The position numbers and the translations under genes are program-made. A stretch of 64,000 bases of DNA from Myxococcota bacterium (lineage in GTDB: Bacteria; Myxococcota_A; UBA9160; SMWR01), in assembly GCA_036274295.1 (NCBI GenBank), contig DASUFZ010000043.1, positions 1,820 to 65,819 of the forward strand, in the 5' to 3' direction. The notes under the pieces are model-generated. The model was not told the DNA's origin and searched no databases. It worked only from the letters and a program-made list of their open reading frames with translations. Below, piece by piece: positions 1 to 9,684 of the stretch. Each line of letters begins with the position of its first letter. The first letter of the stretch is position 1.

Positions 1-1201
1 CGACGAGCCCCGCGTCGCGCAGGTTCTGGAGGGCGCGGAAGATCTCCGGATCCGGCTCCGGGATCACGTCGAGCATGCGCTGCACCGTGAAGCCTGCGCG
101 CGCGAGGTCGAGGATCGCGGCCTCCACCTTGGAAGGCGAGTCGTAGCCTTCGAGGTCGGCGTCCGCGACGAGGGTCACGTGCGCGCCCAGCGGGAAGCGC
201 GCGCCTTCGTCCATCTGCCGCGCGGCGTCGAGCAGCGCGGCCTCGAGCGGCAGCGGGGCACCCTTCATCTCGACGTCCTCGAGGCGGGCGTGGAACTCGA
301 AGCTGCCGTCGCGCCAGGCGAACATGTGCACCAGCGCCTTCACGCCGGTCTGGTTGCCGACCTTGGCGAGGCGCAGCAGGCCGCGCTGGAAGCAGACCAT
401 GCCCTCCTCCTCCCCGTGGCGGAGCCAGAGCGTCCCCTCCTGCGCCGAGTTGGCGAACATCTGCACCACGTTCTGCGGCCCGAGCTCCGCGATCGGCCCG
501 GAGATGCCGCCGAGACGCCGCGTGTGCTCGACCCCCTGCAACTCTCCCACGAAGCGCTCGAACTCGTCCTTCTCGTCGGCGCGCGGCGAGAACTGCACCG
601 CGACGGCCGAGACCTCGCCGCCGCTCGCGACCTGGCGCACCACGCGTCCATCGACCGAGTGCTCCACCCCGGTCTTCGGATTCGAGAGCGTGAAGCGCAC
701 GGCCTCGCCGACCGGAATCGTCCCGCCTCTCACCGCGACCAGCACGCCGCTGCGGGAGAGGTTGCGGGTCTGGCCGTCCACGGTCTCGTTCGTGCCCGCG
801 ATGCGGGCCGCCACACGAACGGGTGTGCGGGGAGCGCTACGCACGCCCTTGTCGGCGGCGGTCTGGTGCGAGTCGCCGACCGGGAGCCCCAGGTCGCGCA
901 TCTTCTGCCGCACGGCGCCGGCGGAGTCGGTGAACTGGAGCGCGACGCCCGGCATGCCGCCCATGCCGGCCATCTCGGGCGGGACGATGTGCACGACCTC
1001 GCCCGGGAGCTGGAGCGCCTTCTTCATCCAGACGAACTCGAGGCGCACCTGCACACTCTCGCGTAGGGCGAAGTCCTCGCGGGTGCGCAGGAACACGCCT
1101 CCGTTCACGAGATTGCTCGCGTACTCACGCTCGAACGTGTCGAGGTCGGCGAATGCGACCTTGGCAACGCGCTCGCTCTGCGCGCGACCTTTCTTCGCCA
1201 G
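1..1201 (-). CDS. PilZ + PilZ + DUF4388 (PATAN-like) signalling protein. The C-terminus runs off the left edge and the start codon is unresolved.
   Basis: My own reverse-strand translation; it is absent from the ORF track because it leaves the window. Reads ...AKVAFADLDTFEREYASNLVNGGVFLRT (PilZ-like), then RTPVRVAARIAGTNETVDGQTRNLSRSGVLV (RxxxR plus NxSxxG). Then LGPQNVVQMFANSAQEGTLWLRHGEEEGMVCFQRGLLRLAKVGNQTGVKALVHMFAWRDGSFEF (DUF4388-like). An in-frame TAA at 1226-1228 bounds the 5' end. Only CTG 1201 or GTG 1108 are available as starts. Confidence 0.7.
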   Translation of the reverse strand, partial: MAKKGRAQSERVAKVAFADLDTFEREYASNLVNGGVFLRTREDFALRESVQVRLEFVWMKKALQLPGEVVHIVPPEMAGMGGMPGVALQFTDSAGAVRQKMRDLGLPVGDSHQTAADKGVRSAPRTPVRVAARIAGTNETVDGQTRNLSRSGVLVAVRGGTIPVGEAVRFTLSNPKTGVEHSVDGRVVRQVASGGEVSAVAVQFSPRADEKDEFERFVGELQGVEHTRRLGGISGPIAELGPQNVVQMFANSAQEGTLWLRHGEEEGMVCFQRGLLRLAKVGNQTGVKALVHMFAWRDGSFEFHARLEDVEMKGAPLPLEAALLDAARQMDEGARFPLGAHVTLVADADLEGYDSPSKVEAAILDLARAGFTVQRMLDVIPEPDPEIFRALQNLRDAGLV

Positions 1202-1225
1202 GGGTCCGGGCCCTCCCGCGCGGAC

Positions 1226-2086
1226 TTATCGGCCGAACGGCGGCTGGGGCTTGCCTGCTTTTCCCGGGGGGCACGGAGCCGGCGCCACAGCCGGGGTCGG
1301 ACCTTCCGGCGCCAGCGGGAACGAGACCACCTCGCGGGCGTCGCGCACCACCCCCCAGAAGGTTCCGGTCGCGAGGTCCCAGGCGATGCCCTGCCCCTCG
1401 ATCGGCGCCGGCCGGGTCGCGAGCCAGCGCAGCACGTGAGCGGCGTCGTCCACGCAGGCGACGTAGAGCTCGGGGGCGTCGTGACCGGTGAGGTAGAGCC
1501 AGCCGTCCGCTCCGAAGACGCCGCCCGAGTTGCTGCGGCCGGCGAAGCGCGCGACGAGCTCCGGCGGGTAGGCGTAGCTCGCGAGCGAGCGGAAATCGGC
1601 GTCGAGCTTCACCAGGCGCGCGTGCTCGGGCCCCTTGCCGGGCTCGCCGCCGCGACCCGCGTAGTGCGCGAACGCCACCCACCAGCTTCCGCCCGCCTGC
1701 ACGACCCAGGTCGCCGAGCCGGGCGCGTCGGCGAGCGGCTGCGAGCCTACGTGCGCGAGCGTGCGCGCGTCGAAGCGCTCGATCGAGCTGCGCATCGGCA
1801 CGTGGGGATAGTTCGAGTGCGCGCAGGAGAGGACGTCGCCCTGCACGCTGCAGCCGTTCAGGTGCACGATCGCGGCGTCGTCGCCGGCGTCGTAGCGCGC
1901 GAGCCGCGCGCCGCTCTCTCGGTCGTACTTCTCGATCACGCGGTCGTCGATCGCGTAGAAGGCAGGGCCCGCGACGGCGACGCCCTGGCGCGCGGCCGGC
2001 GCGGCGTAGTGCCGCACGCCCTCCGGCGTCTGCGCGGCGGCGGCGAGCGCCAGCATCGGCGCGACGATGAAGAGCGCGGAGCGCAT
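1226..2086 (-). CDS. Secreted hypothetical protein with an N-terminal signal peptide
   Basis: Track ORF of 286 aa. Begins MRSALFIVAPMLALAAAAQTPEG (hydrophobic signal with AxA-type site). Composition is ordinary, unlike the overlapping R/A-rich shadow ORF 1125..2129. I do not recognise a family. Confidence 0.55.
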   Translation of the reverse strand: MRSALFIVAPMLALAAAAQTPEGVRHYAAPAARQGVAVAGPAFYAIDDRVIEKYDRESGARLARYDAGDDAAIVHLNGCSVQGDVLSCAHSNYPHVPMRSSIERFDARTLAHVGSQPLADAPGSATWVVQAGGSWWVAFAHYAGRGGEPGKGPEHARLVKLDADFRSLASYAYPPELVARFAGRSNSGGVFGADGWLYLTGHDAPELYVACVDDAAHVLRWLATRPAPIEGQGIAWDLATGTFWGVVRDAREVVSFPLAPEGPTPAVAPAPCPPGKAGKPQPPFGR

Positions 2087-2143
2087 CGGCGCGACAGGCT
2101 ACCGCGCGCCTTGCGATCGCCTGCCTCAAGCGGCGCGCACGGC

Positions 2144-2698
2144 GTGCCGAGTTCCACCGAGGTGGACCCGAAGGCCGAACCGAAGGCAGGCGCCGCGAGC
2201 GGCGGAACCGGACAGCCGATCGAGGCCTTCCGCGACGACGCGAAGCGCCTCTCGGCCGAGGAGTTCGAGCGGCGCCACGGCAGCGCCTTCCTGCTCCTCA
2301 CGGCCGTGCGGCCGCGCACGGCGCAGGACACCTACTCGACCCACCTGGCGCTCCTCGACGAGGAGGACGGGCACACGGGCGCGCTCGCGACCTGGGTGTA
2401 CGCGCTGCGCTCGTCGGTCCACATCGTGACCCTCGGGCGCGCGCGCGAGAGCGACGTCGTGATCCCCGACCGCAGCATCTCGCGCCGACACGCGCTGCTC
2501 AAGCGCGACGGCGACCGCTATCTCGTGCTCGACGCCGACTCCTCGAACGGGACGAGCATCAACGGCCGCAACGTGCTGACCCGCTTCGCGGGTCCGCCGA
2601 CGCCGCTCGGCCCGGGCGACACCTTGCGCGTCGGCTCGCTCGAGTTCACGTTCGCGCCCGTGGCCGCGCTGCGCGAGATGGCGGCGAAGCTCCGCTAG
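2144..2698 (+). CDS. FHA domain-containing protein
   Basis: C-terminal part of track ORF 1436..2698. Reads VTLGRARESDVVIPDRSISRRHALLKRDGDRYLVLDADSSNGTSINGRNV...GDTLRVGSLEFTF, a classic FHA signature (GR...D..I....ISR.HA, S.NGT.vNG). The upstream part of that ORF is antisense to gene 1226..2086. GTG 2144 is the first in-frame start past it; the start is approximate. Confidence 0.75.
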   Translation: MPSSTEVDPKAEPKAGAASGGTGQPIEAFRDDAKRLSAEEFERRHGSAFLLLTAVRPRTAQDTYSTHLALLDEEDGHTGALATWVYALRSSVHIVTLGRARESDVVIPDRSISRRHALLKRDGDRYLVLDADSSNGTSINGRNVLTRFAGPPTPLGPGDTLRVGSLEFTFAPVAALREMAAKLR

Positions 2699-4086
2699 AC
2701 GCGCTCGAAGTAGCGCGCGCGCTCGACGTCGGAGACGCGCATCGCGATCGCGCGCTCCTCCGTGCGGGCGAAGTGGAGGTAGTGCTCCACGACGTCCGCG
2801 CCGAGCGCCTTCCTTGCGAACTCGCTCTTCTCGAGCTCGGCGGCCGCCTCGGCGAGGCTGTGCGGCACCTGCGGCAGATCCTTCGACGCATACGCGTCGC
2901 CCGAGAAGCCGCGCCCCGGCTCGAGCTTCCGCTCGATCCCGTCGAGCCCCGCGGCGAGCAGCGCCGCGTAGGCGAGGTACGGGTTCGCGTCGGCGCCGGG
3001 GATCCTGCACTCGACGCGCAGCGACGGTCCGCCGCCGACGATGCGGAAGCCCGCCGTGCGGTTGTCGTAGCTCCAGGCGATGCCGGTCGGCGCGAACGTG
3101 CCGGGCCGGTAGCGCTTGTAGGAGTTCGGGTTCGGCGCGAGGAAGAGCGCGATCTCGCGCACGTGCGCGAGCAGGCCGCCGAGGAAGCCCCGGAAGACCG
3201 GCGACACGCGCACGGGCGAGCCCGGCAGCGCGTCGTCGCCGGCGAACACCGGCTCGCTCTTCGCGTTCCAGAGCGAGAGGTGGATGTGGCACGAGCTGCC
3301 CGCGAGCTGCTCGTCGAACTTCGCCATGAAGGTGAGCGAGGTGCCGGCGGCGGCGGCGATCTCCTTGGCGGCCTGCTTGTAGATGACGTGGCGGTCGGCC
3401 ATCTCGAGCGCCCGCGCGTAGCGCAGGTTGATCTCGTGCTGGCCCGGACCCCACTCGCCCTTCGAGAACTCGACGGGGATGCCCGAGCCGTCGACACCGC
3501 GGCGGATCGCGCCGATCACGGGCTCGGCGAACGTGCCCGAGAGCACGTGGTAGTCCTCGACGTAGCGCCCGAAGTGCGAGAGCCGGCGGAAGCCCTTCTG
3601 CTGCGCGGCCTCGTAGTCGTCGCGCAGCAGGAAGAACTCGAGCTCCGAGCCCGTGCACAGGTCGAAGCCCAGCGCGGCGGCGCGCTCGAGCTGACGGCGC
3701 AGGATCTGGCGCGGCGCCACGGCGACCGGCTCCTCGCCGCGAAAGGCGTCGCACAACACCAGCGCGCTGCGGTCGAGCCAGGCAGCGCGCCGCAGGCTGG
3801 AGACGTCGGGCACGAGGTGGAGATCGCCATAGCCCTGGTCCCAGCTCGCGAAGCGGTAGCCGGGCGTCGGGTCCATCTCCATGTCGCTCGCGAGCAGGTA
3901 GTCGCACACGTGCATGCCGTGCGCGGCGACCTCCTGCTGGTAGAAGCTCGCGGTGATGCGCTTGCCGACCAGCCGGCCGAAGAGATCCGGCATCGCCGTG
4001 ATCACGGTCTCGATGCGGCCCGCCTCGACTTCTCGCGCCAGCTCGGCCGGGGTGAGCATCCCGACCGGGCGTTCAGGCTTCGTCAT
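2695..4086 (-). CDS. Glutamine synthetase family protein (GlnA3/PuuA-like gamma-glutamyl ligase)
   Basis: Track ORF of 463 aa. GS catalytic-domain motifs present: SKGEWGPGQHEINLRY, SSCHIHLSLW, NSYKRY, NRTAGFRI, RIPGADANPYLA. Its ATG lies 14 nt inside the 3' end of purF. Confidence 0.85.
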   Translation of the reverse strand: MTKPERPVGMLTPAELAREVEAGRIETVITAMPDLFGRLVGKRITASFYQQEVAAHGMHVCDYLLASDMEMDPTPGYRFASWDQGYGDLHLVPDVSSLRRAAWLDRSALVLCDAFRGEEPVAVAPRQILRRQLERAAALGFDLCTGSELEFFLLRDDYEAAQQKGFRRLSHFGRYVEDYHVLSGTFAEPVIGAIRRGVDGSGIPVEFSKGEWGPGQHEINLRYARALEMADRHVIYKQAAKEIAAAAGTSLTFMAKFDEQLAGSSCHIHLSLWNAKSEPVFAGDDALPGSPVRVSPVFRGFLGGLLAHVREIALFLAPNPNSYKRYRPGTFAPTGIAWSYDNRTAGFRIVGGGPSLRVECRIPGADANPYLAYAALLAAGLDGIERKLEPGRGFSGDAYASKDLPQVPHSLAEAAAELEKSEFARKALGADVVEHYLHFARTEERAIAMRVSDVERARYFERV

Positions 4087-5551
4087 CTTCCACGCTGCGG
4101 AAGAGCGAGAGCTGCGGCGAGTTGGACGGGTCCTCCACGGCCACCGGGTACTGGTCCGAGAAGCAGGCGTCGCAGAAGCCGTGCTTCAGCGACGCGCTGA
4201 CGGTGCGCAGCGAGTCCAGCGAGAGATAGGCGAGCGAGTCGGCGCCCATGAGACGCCGGATCTCGTCGACCGAGTAGCGGTGCGCGATCAGCTCGTCGCG
4301 GTTCGGCGTGTCGATGCCGTAGTGGCACGGCCCGATGATCGGCGGCGACGAGATGCGCAGGTGCACCTCGCGCGCGCCGGCGTTGCGGATCATCGTGACG
4401 ATCTTGGTGAGCGTCGTGCCGCGCACGATCGAGTCGTCGACCAGCACGACGCGGCGCCCCGCCAGGGTTCCGCGCACCGCGTTGTGCTTCACCTTCACGC
4501 CGAAGTGGCGGATCGACTGCGCGGGCTCGATGAAGGTGCGCCGCACGTAGTGGTTGCGGATCAGCGCCTGCTCGTAGGGAATGCCCGCTTCCTCGGAGTA
4601 GCCGAGCGCCGCCGTGTTGCCCGAATCGAGGATCGGCACGATCACGTCGGCGTCGACGCCGTGCTCGCGCGCCAGCGCGCGGCCGAGCTCCTTGCGGAAG
4701 GCGTAGACGTTCTGACCCTGGAGCTGCGAGTCCGGCCGCGCGAAGTAGATCTGCTCGAAGATGCAGAAGTGCATCGGCTCGCGGCGGAAGGGCCGCAGGC
4801 TGCGCAGGCGCCCGCGCCGGATCACCACCACCTCGCCCGGCTCGACGTCGCGCTCGAAGGTCGCGCCGATCAGATCGAGCGCGCAGGTCTCGCTGGCGAC
4901 GACCCAGGCACCGTCGAGCCGGCCGAGCGAGAGCGGGCGGAAGCCGTGCGGATCGCGCGCGGCGATCAGCGCGTCGCCCGCCAGCACCGCCAGGCTGAAG
5001 GCGCCCTTCACGCGCGAGAGCGAGTCGATCAGGCGCTCCTCCTGGCTGTGCTCGCGCGAGCGCGCCAGCAGCTGCACGATGACCTCGCTGTCGGCCGTGG
5101 TGCTGAAGATCGCGCCGCGGCCCTCGAGCTCGCGCCGGATCGCGACGGCGTTGACCAGGTTGCCGTTGTGCGCGATCGCGACCGGTCCGCCGTCGGTGGT
5201 GGCGCAGAACGGCTGCGCGTTGGCGAGCAGGCTGCCGCCGGCGGTCGAGTAGCGCACGTGTCCGATCGCATGGCGGCCCGGCAGCTTCGCGAGGATCGAC
5301 TCGCTGAAGACGTCGGCGACGAGACCCATGCCGCGATAGACGCAGGGATCGCTTCCCGGCGCGCCCGACGATGCGATGCCGCAGCTCTCCTGTCCGCGGT
5401 GCTGGAGCGCGTAGAGGCCGAGGTAGGTGAGATGCGCGGCCTCGGAGTGCCCGTGCACGCCGAAGACGCCGCACTCGTCGTGGAAGCGGTCGGCGAGGTG
5501 CGCCTCGACGAGATCGGCAGCGAGCTCGTCCTGTTCGCGGTCCCGGATCAC
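4073..5551 (-). CDS. purF: Amidophosphoribosyltransferase
   Basis: Last 492 aa of the fused track ORF 4073..7660. Reads ...[13 protein letters not shown] (Ntn Cys), [21 protein letters not shown] (PRPP loop), plus Fe-S Cys contexts CHYGID and CDACFS. GTG 5551 overlaps the purL stop (GTGA). Confidence 0.95.
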   Translation of the reverse strand: MIRDREQDELAADLVEAHLADRFHDECGVFGVHGHSEAAHLTYLGLYALQHRGQESCGIASSGAPGSDPCVYRGMGLVADVFSESILAKLPGRHAIGHVRYSTAGGSLLANAQPFCATTDGGPVAIAHNGNLVNAVAIRRELEGRGAIFSTTADSEVIVQLLARSREHSQEERLIDSLSRVKGAFSLAVLAGDALIAARDPHGFRPLSLGRLDGAWVVASETCALDLIGATFERDVEPGEVVVIRRGRLRSLRPFRREPMHFCIFEQIYFARPDSQLQGQNVYAFRKELGRALAREHGVDADVIVPILDSGNTAALGYSEEAGIPYEQALIRNHYVRRTFIEPAQSIRHFGVKVKHNAVRGTLAGRRVVLVDDSIVRGTTLTKIVTMIRNAGAREVHLRISSPPIIGPCHYGIDTPNRDELIAHRYSVDEIRRLMGADSLAYLSLDSLRTVSASLKHGFCDACFSDQYPVAVEDPSNSPQLSLFRSVEDDEA

Positions 5552-7797
5552 GGCTCCTCCAGTCGGCGCGGAATGGCCCGCGCCCAGATCTCGCGCAGCG
5601 ACGCGACCGGTGCGTCGATCCAGGGCGAGCCTTCGCGCGGCGCGATGCGAAGAGCCGCGCCGCCGGTCGTGCCGATGCGGCGCGCCGGCACGCCGTGCCG
5701 CGCCGCCAGCCCGAGCAGCTTCTCCGCGTCGGCGCTCGCGCACACGACGCGTCCGGTCGTCTCGCCGAAGAGCAGCGCGTCGGCGCGGATCGCGTCGGCG
5801 AGCTCGATCAGGGCGCCGATCGGCGCGGGCCCCGTGAAGCAGCACTCCGCCAGTGCGACGGCCAGGCCGCCGTCGGAGACGTCGTGCGCGGACTCGATGC
5901 AGCCGGCGGCGACGCCCTCGGCGAGCAGCGCCGCGAGTCGGCGCTCGTGCGCCAGATCCACCGCGGGCGGCCGGCCCGCTTCGAGGCCGTGCCGCTCGGC
6001 CAGCCAGGTGCTGCCGCCGAGCTCTTCGCGGTTCTCGCCGAGGAGCACCACCTCGCGCCCCGCCGCGCGGAAGTGCGAGACCGCGTGACGGGTGTAGTCC
6101 TCGAGGAGACCCACCGCCGCGATCGTCGGCGTCGGGTAGATCGCGCGCCCGCTCGTCTCGTTGTAGAGCGAGACGTTCCCCGAGACGACCGGCGTGCCGA
6201 GCTCGCTGGCGGCGTCGCCGAGCCCGCGCGTCGCCTCCGCGAACTCCCACATGATCTCCGGCCGCTCCGGATTGCCGAAGTTGAGGCAGTTGGTCAGCGC
6301 CAGCGGACGCGCGCCCGTGCACGCGACGTTGCGCACCGCCTCCGCGACGGCGGCGAGCGTGCCCGCGTACGGATCGAGCCAGCACCAGCGCGGGTTGCAG
6401 TCCACCGCGAGCGCGACCGCCTTGCGCGTCGCCGTGCCGTCCATGCGCTTGATGCGCACGAGCGCGGCGTCGCCGCCCGGACCGATCAGGGTGTCGCCCT
6501 GCACGAGCTGGTCGTACTGGCGGTAGAGCCATGCCTTCGAGCCGAGGTTCGGCGAGTCGAGCAGGCGCTCCAGCGCGGCGTTCCAGTCGCTCTCGGGCGC
6601 GAGCGCGGAGGGATCGAGCTTCTGGCGCTCGAGCCAGTCGGCCGGCTCGCGCGTCGGGCGGTCGAGCTCGGGCGAGAGACGCGCCACCGGATCGACCGGG
6701 ATGTCGACGACCTTCTCGCCGTGCCAGCGCACGCGCATGCGGCCGTCGTCGGTCACGCGGCCGACGACCACCGCCTCGAGCCCCCAGCGCCGGTAGATCG
6801 AGAGGACCTCTTCCTCGCGGCCGGCCTGCGCGACGAGCAGCATGCGCTCCTGGCTCTCGGAGAGCAGCAGCTCGTAGGGCGTCATGTTCGCCTCGCGCCG
6901 CGGGACGAGATCGAGATCGAGCTCGATGCCGGTGCCGGCGTGGCTCGCCATCTCGAACGACGAGCAGGTGAGGCCGGCCGCGCCCATGTCCTGGATACCG
7001 ACCACGGCGTCGCCCGACATCACCTCGAGACACGCCTCGATCAGGCACTTCTCGGTGAAGGGATCGCCGACCTGCACGGTCGGGCGCTTGGCGGAGCTTT
7101 CCGCGTCGAACTCGGCCGACGCCAGCAGGCTCGCGCCGTGGATGCCGTCGCGGCCGGTGCGCGAGCCCGCGTAGATGACCGGATTGCCGAGGCCCGTCGC
7201 GCGCGCCTTGAAGATGCGGTCCTGCTCGACGACGCCGAGGTTGAACGCGTTGACGAGGATGTTGCCGCGGTAGCACTCGTGGAACGTGGTCTCGCCGCCG
7301 ACCGTCGCGACGCCGACGGCGTTGCCGTAGCCGCCGACGCCCTGCACCACGCCGCGCAGCAGGTGGCGGTGCTTGACGTCCTCGAGCGGGCCGAAGCGCA
7401 GCGAGTCGAGCGAAGCGACGGGCCGCGCGCCCATGGTGAAGATGTCGCGCAGGATGCCGCCGACGCCGGTCGCCGCGCCCTGCACGGGCTCGATGAACGA
7501 CGGGTGGTTGTGGCTCTCGATCTTGAAGACGACGGCGAGGCCGTCGCCGATCGAGACGGCGCCGGCGTTCTCGCCCGGTCCCTGGAGCACCTGCGGCCCC
7601 TGCGTCGGCAAGCGCTTCAGATACTTCTTGCTCGACTTGTAGGAGCAGTGCTCGGACCACATCACCGAGAAGATCCCGAGCTCGGAGAAGGAAGGCGTGC
7701 GCCCGAGGATCGCCAGGATCTCCGCGTATTCGCCGTCGGAGAGCCCGTGCTCGCGCGCGAGCGCGAGATCGACCTGCGGTTCCCGGCGCTGGCTCAT
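5548..7797 (-). CDS. purL: Phosphoribosylformylglycinamidine synthase subunit PurL
   Basis: Track ORF of 749 aa. Reads [40 protein letters not shown] and [13 protein letters not shown], with duplicated AIRS-type halves. Confidence 0.95.
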   Translation of the reverse strand: MSQRREPQVDLALAREHGLSDGEYAEILAILGRTPSFSELGIFSVMWSEHCSYKSSKKYLKRLPTQGPQVLQGPGENAGAVSIGDGLAVVFKIESHNHPSFIEPVQGAATGVGGILRDIFTMGARPVASLDSLRFGPLEDVKHRHLLRGVVQGVGGYGNAVGVATVGGETTFHECYRGNILVNAFNLGVVEQDRIFKARATGLGNPVIYAGSRTGRDGIHGASLLASAEFDAESSAKRPTVQVGDPFTEKCLIEACLEVMSGDAVVGIQDMGAAGLTCSSFEMASHAGTGIELDLDLVPRREANMTPYELLLSESQERMLLVAQAGREEEVLSIYRRWGLEAVVVGRVTDDGRMRVRWHGEKVVDIPVDPVARLSPELDRPTREPADWLERQKLDPSALAPESDWNAALERLLDSPNLGSKAWLYRQYDQLVQGDTLIGPGGDAALVRIKRMDGTATRKAVALAVDCNPRWCWLDPYAGTLAAVAEAVRNVACTGARPLALTNCLNFGNPERPEIMWEFAEATRGLGDAASELGTPVVSGNVSLYNETSGRAIYPTPTIAAVGLLEDYTRHAVSHFRAAGREVVLLGENREELGGSTWLAERHGLEAGRPPAVDLAHERRLAALLAEGVAAGCIESAHDVSDGGLAVALAECCFTGPAPIGALIELADAIRADALLFGETTGRVVCASADAEKLLGLAARHGVPARRIGTTGGAALRIAPREGSPWIDAPVASLREIWARAIPRRLEEP

Positions 7798-8495
7798 CGC
7801 GTGCCCTTGCCCACGGCGTCGACCAGCGAGCCGAGGATCGCGCGGCCGTCCTCGCCGCCGAAGAGCGCGTCGACGGCGTGCTCGGGGTGCGGCATCAGTC
7901 CGAAGACGTTGCCGCGTTCGTTGCAGACGCCGGCGATGTTCGCGAGCGCGCCGTTCGGATTCGCGTCCGCAGTCACCTCGCCGCGCGCGTCGCAGTAGCG
8001 CAGCAGCACGCGCCCCTCACGCTCGAGCCGGGCCAGCTCGTCCGGACGCGCGAAGTAGGCGCCCTCGCCGTGCTTGATCGGCAGGCGCAGGACCTCGCCG
8101 GCGCGCGCGCGCGACGTGAAAGGCGAAGCACTCCGCTCGACCCGCACGTGCACGAAGTCGCAGATGAAGTGCAGGCCCTGGTTGCGCACCAGCGCGCCCG
8201 GGAGGAGCCCCGTCTCGCAGAGCACCTGGAAGCCGTTGCAGATGCCGAGCACGGGCCCGCCGGCGTCGGCAAAACGGCGTACCGCGGCCATCACCGGGGC
8301 GTATGCGGCCATGGCGCCCGCGCGCAGGTAGTCGCCGTACGAGAAGCCGCCGGGGATCAGCACGGCGCGCGTGTCCGACGGCAGCGAAGCCTGCTCGTGC
8401 CACACGAGCTCGGCCGGAGCGCCGAGCACGCTCTTCAGAGCGAAACACAAATCGCGATCGTCGTTCGATCCCGGGAGCTGGATGACCGAGAACAC
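7794..8495 (-). CDS. purQ: Phosphoribosylformylglycinamidine synthase glutaminase subunit PurQ
   Basis: Track ORF of 233 aa. Reads [26 protein letters not shown] (nucleophile Cys) and MPHPEHA. Its stop overlaps the purL ATG (ATGA). Confidence 0.95.
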   Translation of the reverse strand: MFSVIQLPGSNDDRDLCFALKSVLGAPAELVWHEQASLPSDTRAVLIPGGFSYGDYLRAGAMAAYAPVMAAVRRFADAGGPVLGICNGFQVLCETGLLPGALVRNQGLHFICDFVHVRVERSASPFTSRARAGEVLRLPIKHGEGAYFARPDELARLEREGRVLLRYCDARGEVTADANPNGALANIAGVCNERGNVFGLMPHPEHAVDALFGGEDGRAILGSLVDAVGKGTR

Positions 8496-8718
8496 GGGGG
8501 ACCTCGGGTGCAGCGCGGAGAGACGAGGCGGGAGGGGGGCGCCGCAGCGCAGCGGCGGTTCGGGGACCGGCGGAGTCTACCGGCCGCTCTCCGAGCGAAC
8601 AACTGGGAGTGACGAGGGAAACTGGCCGTAGACCCGCGCCGACGGCGTCGTCTAGATTACGCACTTCCCCCGAGGCCAGGCCGCGTCGACGAGCGCCGAC
8701 GGCGCTGCGAGGAATGAA

Positions 8719-9684
8719 ATGGGAACCGATCCGCGTCTGCTGCGCGAGCAGTGCGAGCGCACGCTCACCGCGACCTCTCTGCCGGCGCTCGGCACGAAGA
8801 TCGAGGGCAAGGTGCGCGACAACTACGTCGCAGGCGACCGCCGCACGATCGTCGTGACCGATCGCGTGAGCTGCTTCGACCGCGTCGTCGGCACCCTGCC
8901 CTTCAAGGGCCAGGTGCTGAACCAGGTCGCCGCCTTCTGGTTCGAGAAGACGGCGCATCTCGCCGAGAACCACCTGCTCGCGGTCCCCGACCCGAACGTG
9001 TCCGTCGTGCGCGAGTGCCGCCCGCTGCCGATCGAGTTCGTGGTGCGCGGCTATCTCACCGGCTCCACCTCCACCTCGATCTGGACGGCCTACGCGAAGG
9101 GCGAGCGCACCTACTGCGGTCACCCGCTGCCGGATGGCCTGCGCCGGCACGAGCGCCTGCCGCGCCCGCTGCTCACGCCGACGACGAAGGCCGAGCAGGG
9201 CGCGCACGACGAGCTGACGTCGCGCGCGGAGATCCTCGCGCGCCGCACCGTGCCGGAAGAGCTCTACGACCAGGCGGAGCGCGTGGCGATGACGCTCTTC
9301 GCCGAGGGCTCGCGCCACGCCGAGTCGCGCGGGCTGATCCTGGTCGACACGAAGTACGAGCTCGCGCAGGACGCGCGGGGCCGGCTCGTCGTGATCGACG
9401 AGATCCACACGCCGGACTCGTCCCGCTACTGGTACAAGGAAGCCTACGTGCGCGCGATGTCCGAGGGCCGCGATCCCGAGGCGCTCGACAAGGAGTACGT
9501 GCGGCGCTGGCTCGGCGAGCGCGGCTACAAGGGGGAGGGGCCGATCCCCGAGATCCCGGTCGACGTCCGCTGCGAGGCAGCGCGCCGCTACATCGAAGCC
9601 TTCGAGCAGATCACCGGACGGGACTTCCAGCCCGACACCGACGACCCGCTGCCCCGCATCCGGCGCAATCTCGGTCTCGAGTAG
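8719..9684 (+). CDS. purC: Phosphoribosylaminoimidazole-succinocarboxamide synthase (long form)
   Basis: Track ORF of 321 aa. Reads [24 protein letters not shown] and [12 protein letters not shown]. Divergent from purQ. Confidence 0.95.
   Translation: MGTDPRLLREQCERTLTATSLPALGTKIEGKVRDNYVAGDRRTIVVTDRVSCFDRVVGTLPFKGQVLNQVAAFWFEKTAHLAENHLLAVPDPNVSVVRECRPLPIEFVVRGYLTGSTSTSIWTAYAKGERTYCGHPLPDGLRRHERLPRPLLTPTTKAEQGAHDELTSRAEILARRTVPEELYDQAERVAMTLFAEGSRHAESRGLILVDTKYELAQDARGRLVVIDEIHTPDSSRYWYKEAYVRAMSEGRDPEALDKEYVRRWLGERGYKGEGPIPEIPVDVRCEAARRYIEAFEQITGRDFQPDTDDPLPRIRRNLGLE

Noticed and set aside
8496-8718. A possible ZTP (pfl) or purine riboswitch in the purQ/purC divergent spacer
   Set aside because: ACTGGGAG...GGGAAAC...GGCCAGGCC is loosely reminiscent of the ZTP core (GACUGGCG...GGGAAAC...CCGCCUGGGC). 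However, the pseudoknot-forming CCGCC/GGCGG pairing and the key conserved positions are not there. There is no purine-riboswitch-like AU-rich junction. An Rfam covariance scan would be needed to revisit this.
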